64,000 nucleotides of DNA from Phycisphaerae bacterium (GTDB lineage Bacteria; Planctomycetota; Phycisphaerae; UBA1845; Fen-1342), in contig CAXXWX010000026.1 of assembly GCA_963675745.2 (NCBI GenBank), forward strand, positions 416,001 through 480,000. Direction: 5' to 3'. Numbering within the stretch: the stretch's first letter is position 1; every line of letters begins with the position of its first letter. Shown here in pieces: positions 63,224 through 64,000 of the stretch. Both the position numbers and the translations under genes were made by a program. Under the pieces are notes generated by a model. It was not told where the DNA came from. It did no database searches and saw only the letters and a program-made list of their open reading frames with translations.

Positions 63224-64000
63224 TTAGACCACACTCTCCATCAGCGACCCCACCACCAGGTGCCATCCATCGGCCAGCACAAACAGCAGCAGCTTGAACG
63301 GCAGCGATATCAGCACCGGCGGCAACATCATCATGCCCATCGACACCAGCACGGTCGCGATCACCATGTCGATCACCAGAAACGGAAGATAGACGCGAAA
63401 CCCGATGACAAACGCCGTCTTCAGCTCACTCAGCAGGAACGCCGGTATCAAGGCAATCGTGTCAACCTCGCCGCGTGTCAGCACCTGGTCGGCGGGCACG
63501 GCCGCCTGGCTGGCGTACTCCTGCATCATGTAGATGTCTTGCTCGTTGCTGGCCGCTTCGATCTGCTCGAACATGAAGGCGCGCATCTCGCCGTTGGCGA
63601 CGGAGAGTGCGTCGAGCTGCGCCATGTCACCGCGGATGTATGGCTGGATGGCCTGCTCGTCGATGCGCTGGAACGTCGGCGCCATCACGAGGATCGTGAG
63701 GAATAGGGCCAGGCCCGCGATCACCTGCGACGGCGGCAGTGACTGCGTGCCCAGCGCCTGCCGCAACAGCGCCAGCACCACAATCATGCGCACAAAGCAG
63801 GTCATCATCAAAACGATGCTGGGCACAACCGCCAGCACCGTCATGAGAACCAGGATCTGCAACGAGCTGGTCAGCGACTCCGGGCTGTTGGCCTTGGGAA
63901 GAACGCCGGAGACGTTCGGAATGTAAAACGGATCTGCCGGCGCCTCCGCCGCGGATGGCGTCGTGCCGACCTCGTCAATTTGCGCCGCCGCCGTTGGCGC
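63224..64000 (-). CDS. fliP: flagellar export protein FliP (5' end outside window)
   Basis: FVRMIVVL.LLRQALG, PAFLLSELKTAF, MGMMMLPP..ISLPFKLLLFVLADGW; frame open to the window edge. Confidence 0.96.
   Translation of the reverse strand, partial: APTAAAQIDEVGTTPSAAEAPADPFYIPNVSGVLPKANSPESLTSSLQILVLMTVLAVVPSIVLMMTCFVRMIVVLALLRQALGTQSLPPSQVIAGLALFLTILVMAPTFQRIDEQAIQPYIRGDMAQLDALSVANGEMRAFMFEQIEAASNEQDIYMMQEYASQAAVPADQVLTRGEVDTIALIPAFLLSELKTAFVIGFRVYLPFLVIDMVIATVLVSMGMMMLPPVLISLPFKLLLFVLADGWHLVVGSLMESVV

Overview
High-GC bacterial chromosomal window, most likely a planctomycete of class Phycisphaerae. This is inferred from a Cys-containing dockerin-like C-terminus, a CGYxLxGL..CPECG zinc-ribbon membrane protein and typical palindromic repeats. 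It is mostly core genome: trpF, kdsC plus a giant LptC/LptA-like gene, argS, murD, tRNA-Arg(CCG), ubiX/ubiA-type genes, holA, envelope glycosylation genes, a GH2 beta-galactosidase/CBM9-like/SSS cluster, and the flagellar block fliP(partial)-fliQ-fliR-flhB-flhA-flhF-orf-fliA. Reading the DNA directly shows several things the ORF track misses. (1) A PEP-CTERM protein tail coupled to an exosortase. (2) A Trp-Trp leader peptide (MRIALAWW) with alternative hairpins before trpF. (3) A UGA-recoded Rdx/SelW selenoprotein with a SECIS-like hairpin. (4) A slipin/SPFH gene between ~120-bp four-hairpin direct repeats, preceded by a ~215-nt structured leader with a tRNA T-loop and mutually exclusive pairings that could expose or hide its SD. 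(5) A Y1/HUH transposase with ~105-bp three-hairpin inverted ends and an adjacent internally deleted copy. (6) At least five REP-like families plus hepta/octamer tandem repeats, some inserted in frame into argS and flhF. (7) Two probable single-base frameshifts. All family assignments come from recognising motifs by eye; no database searches or folding programs were run.
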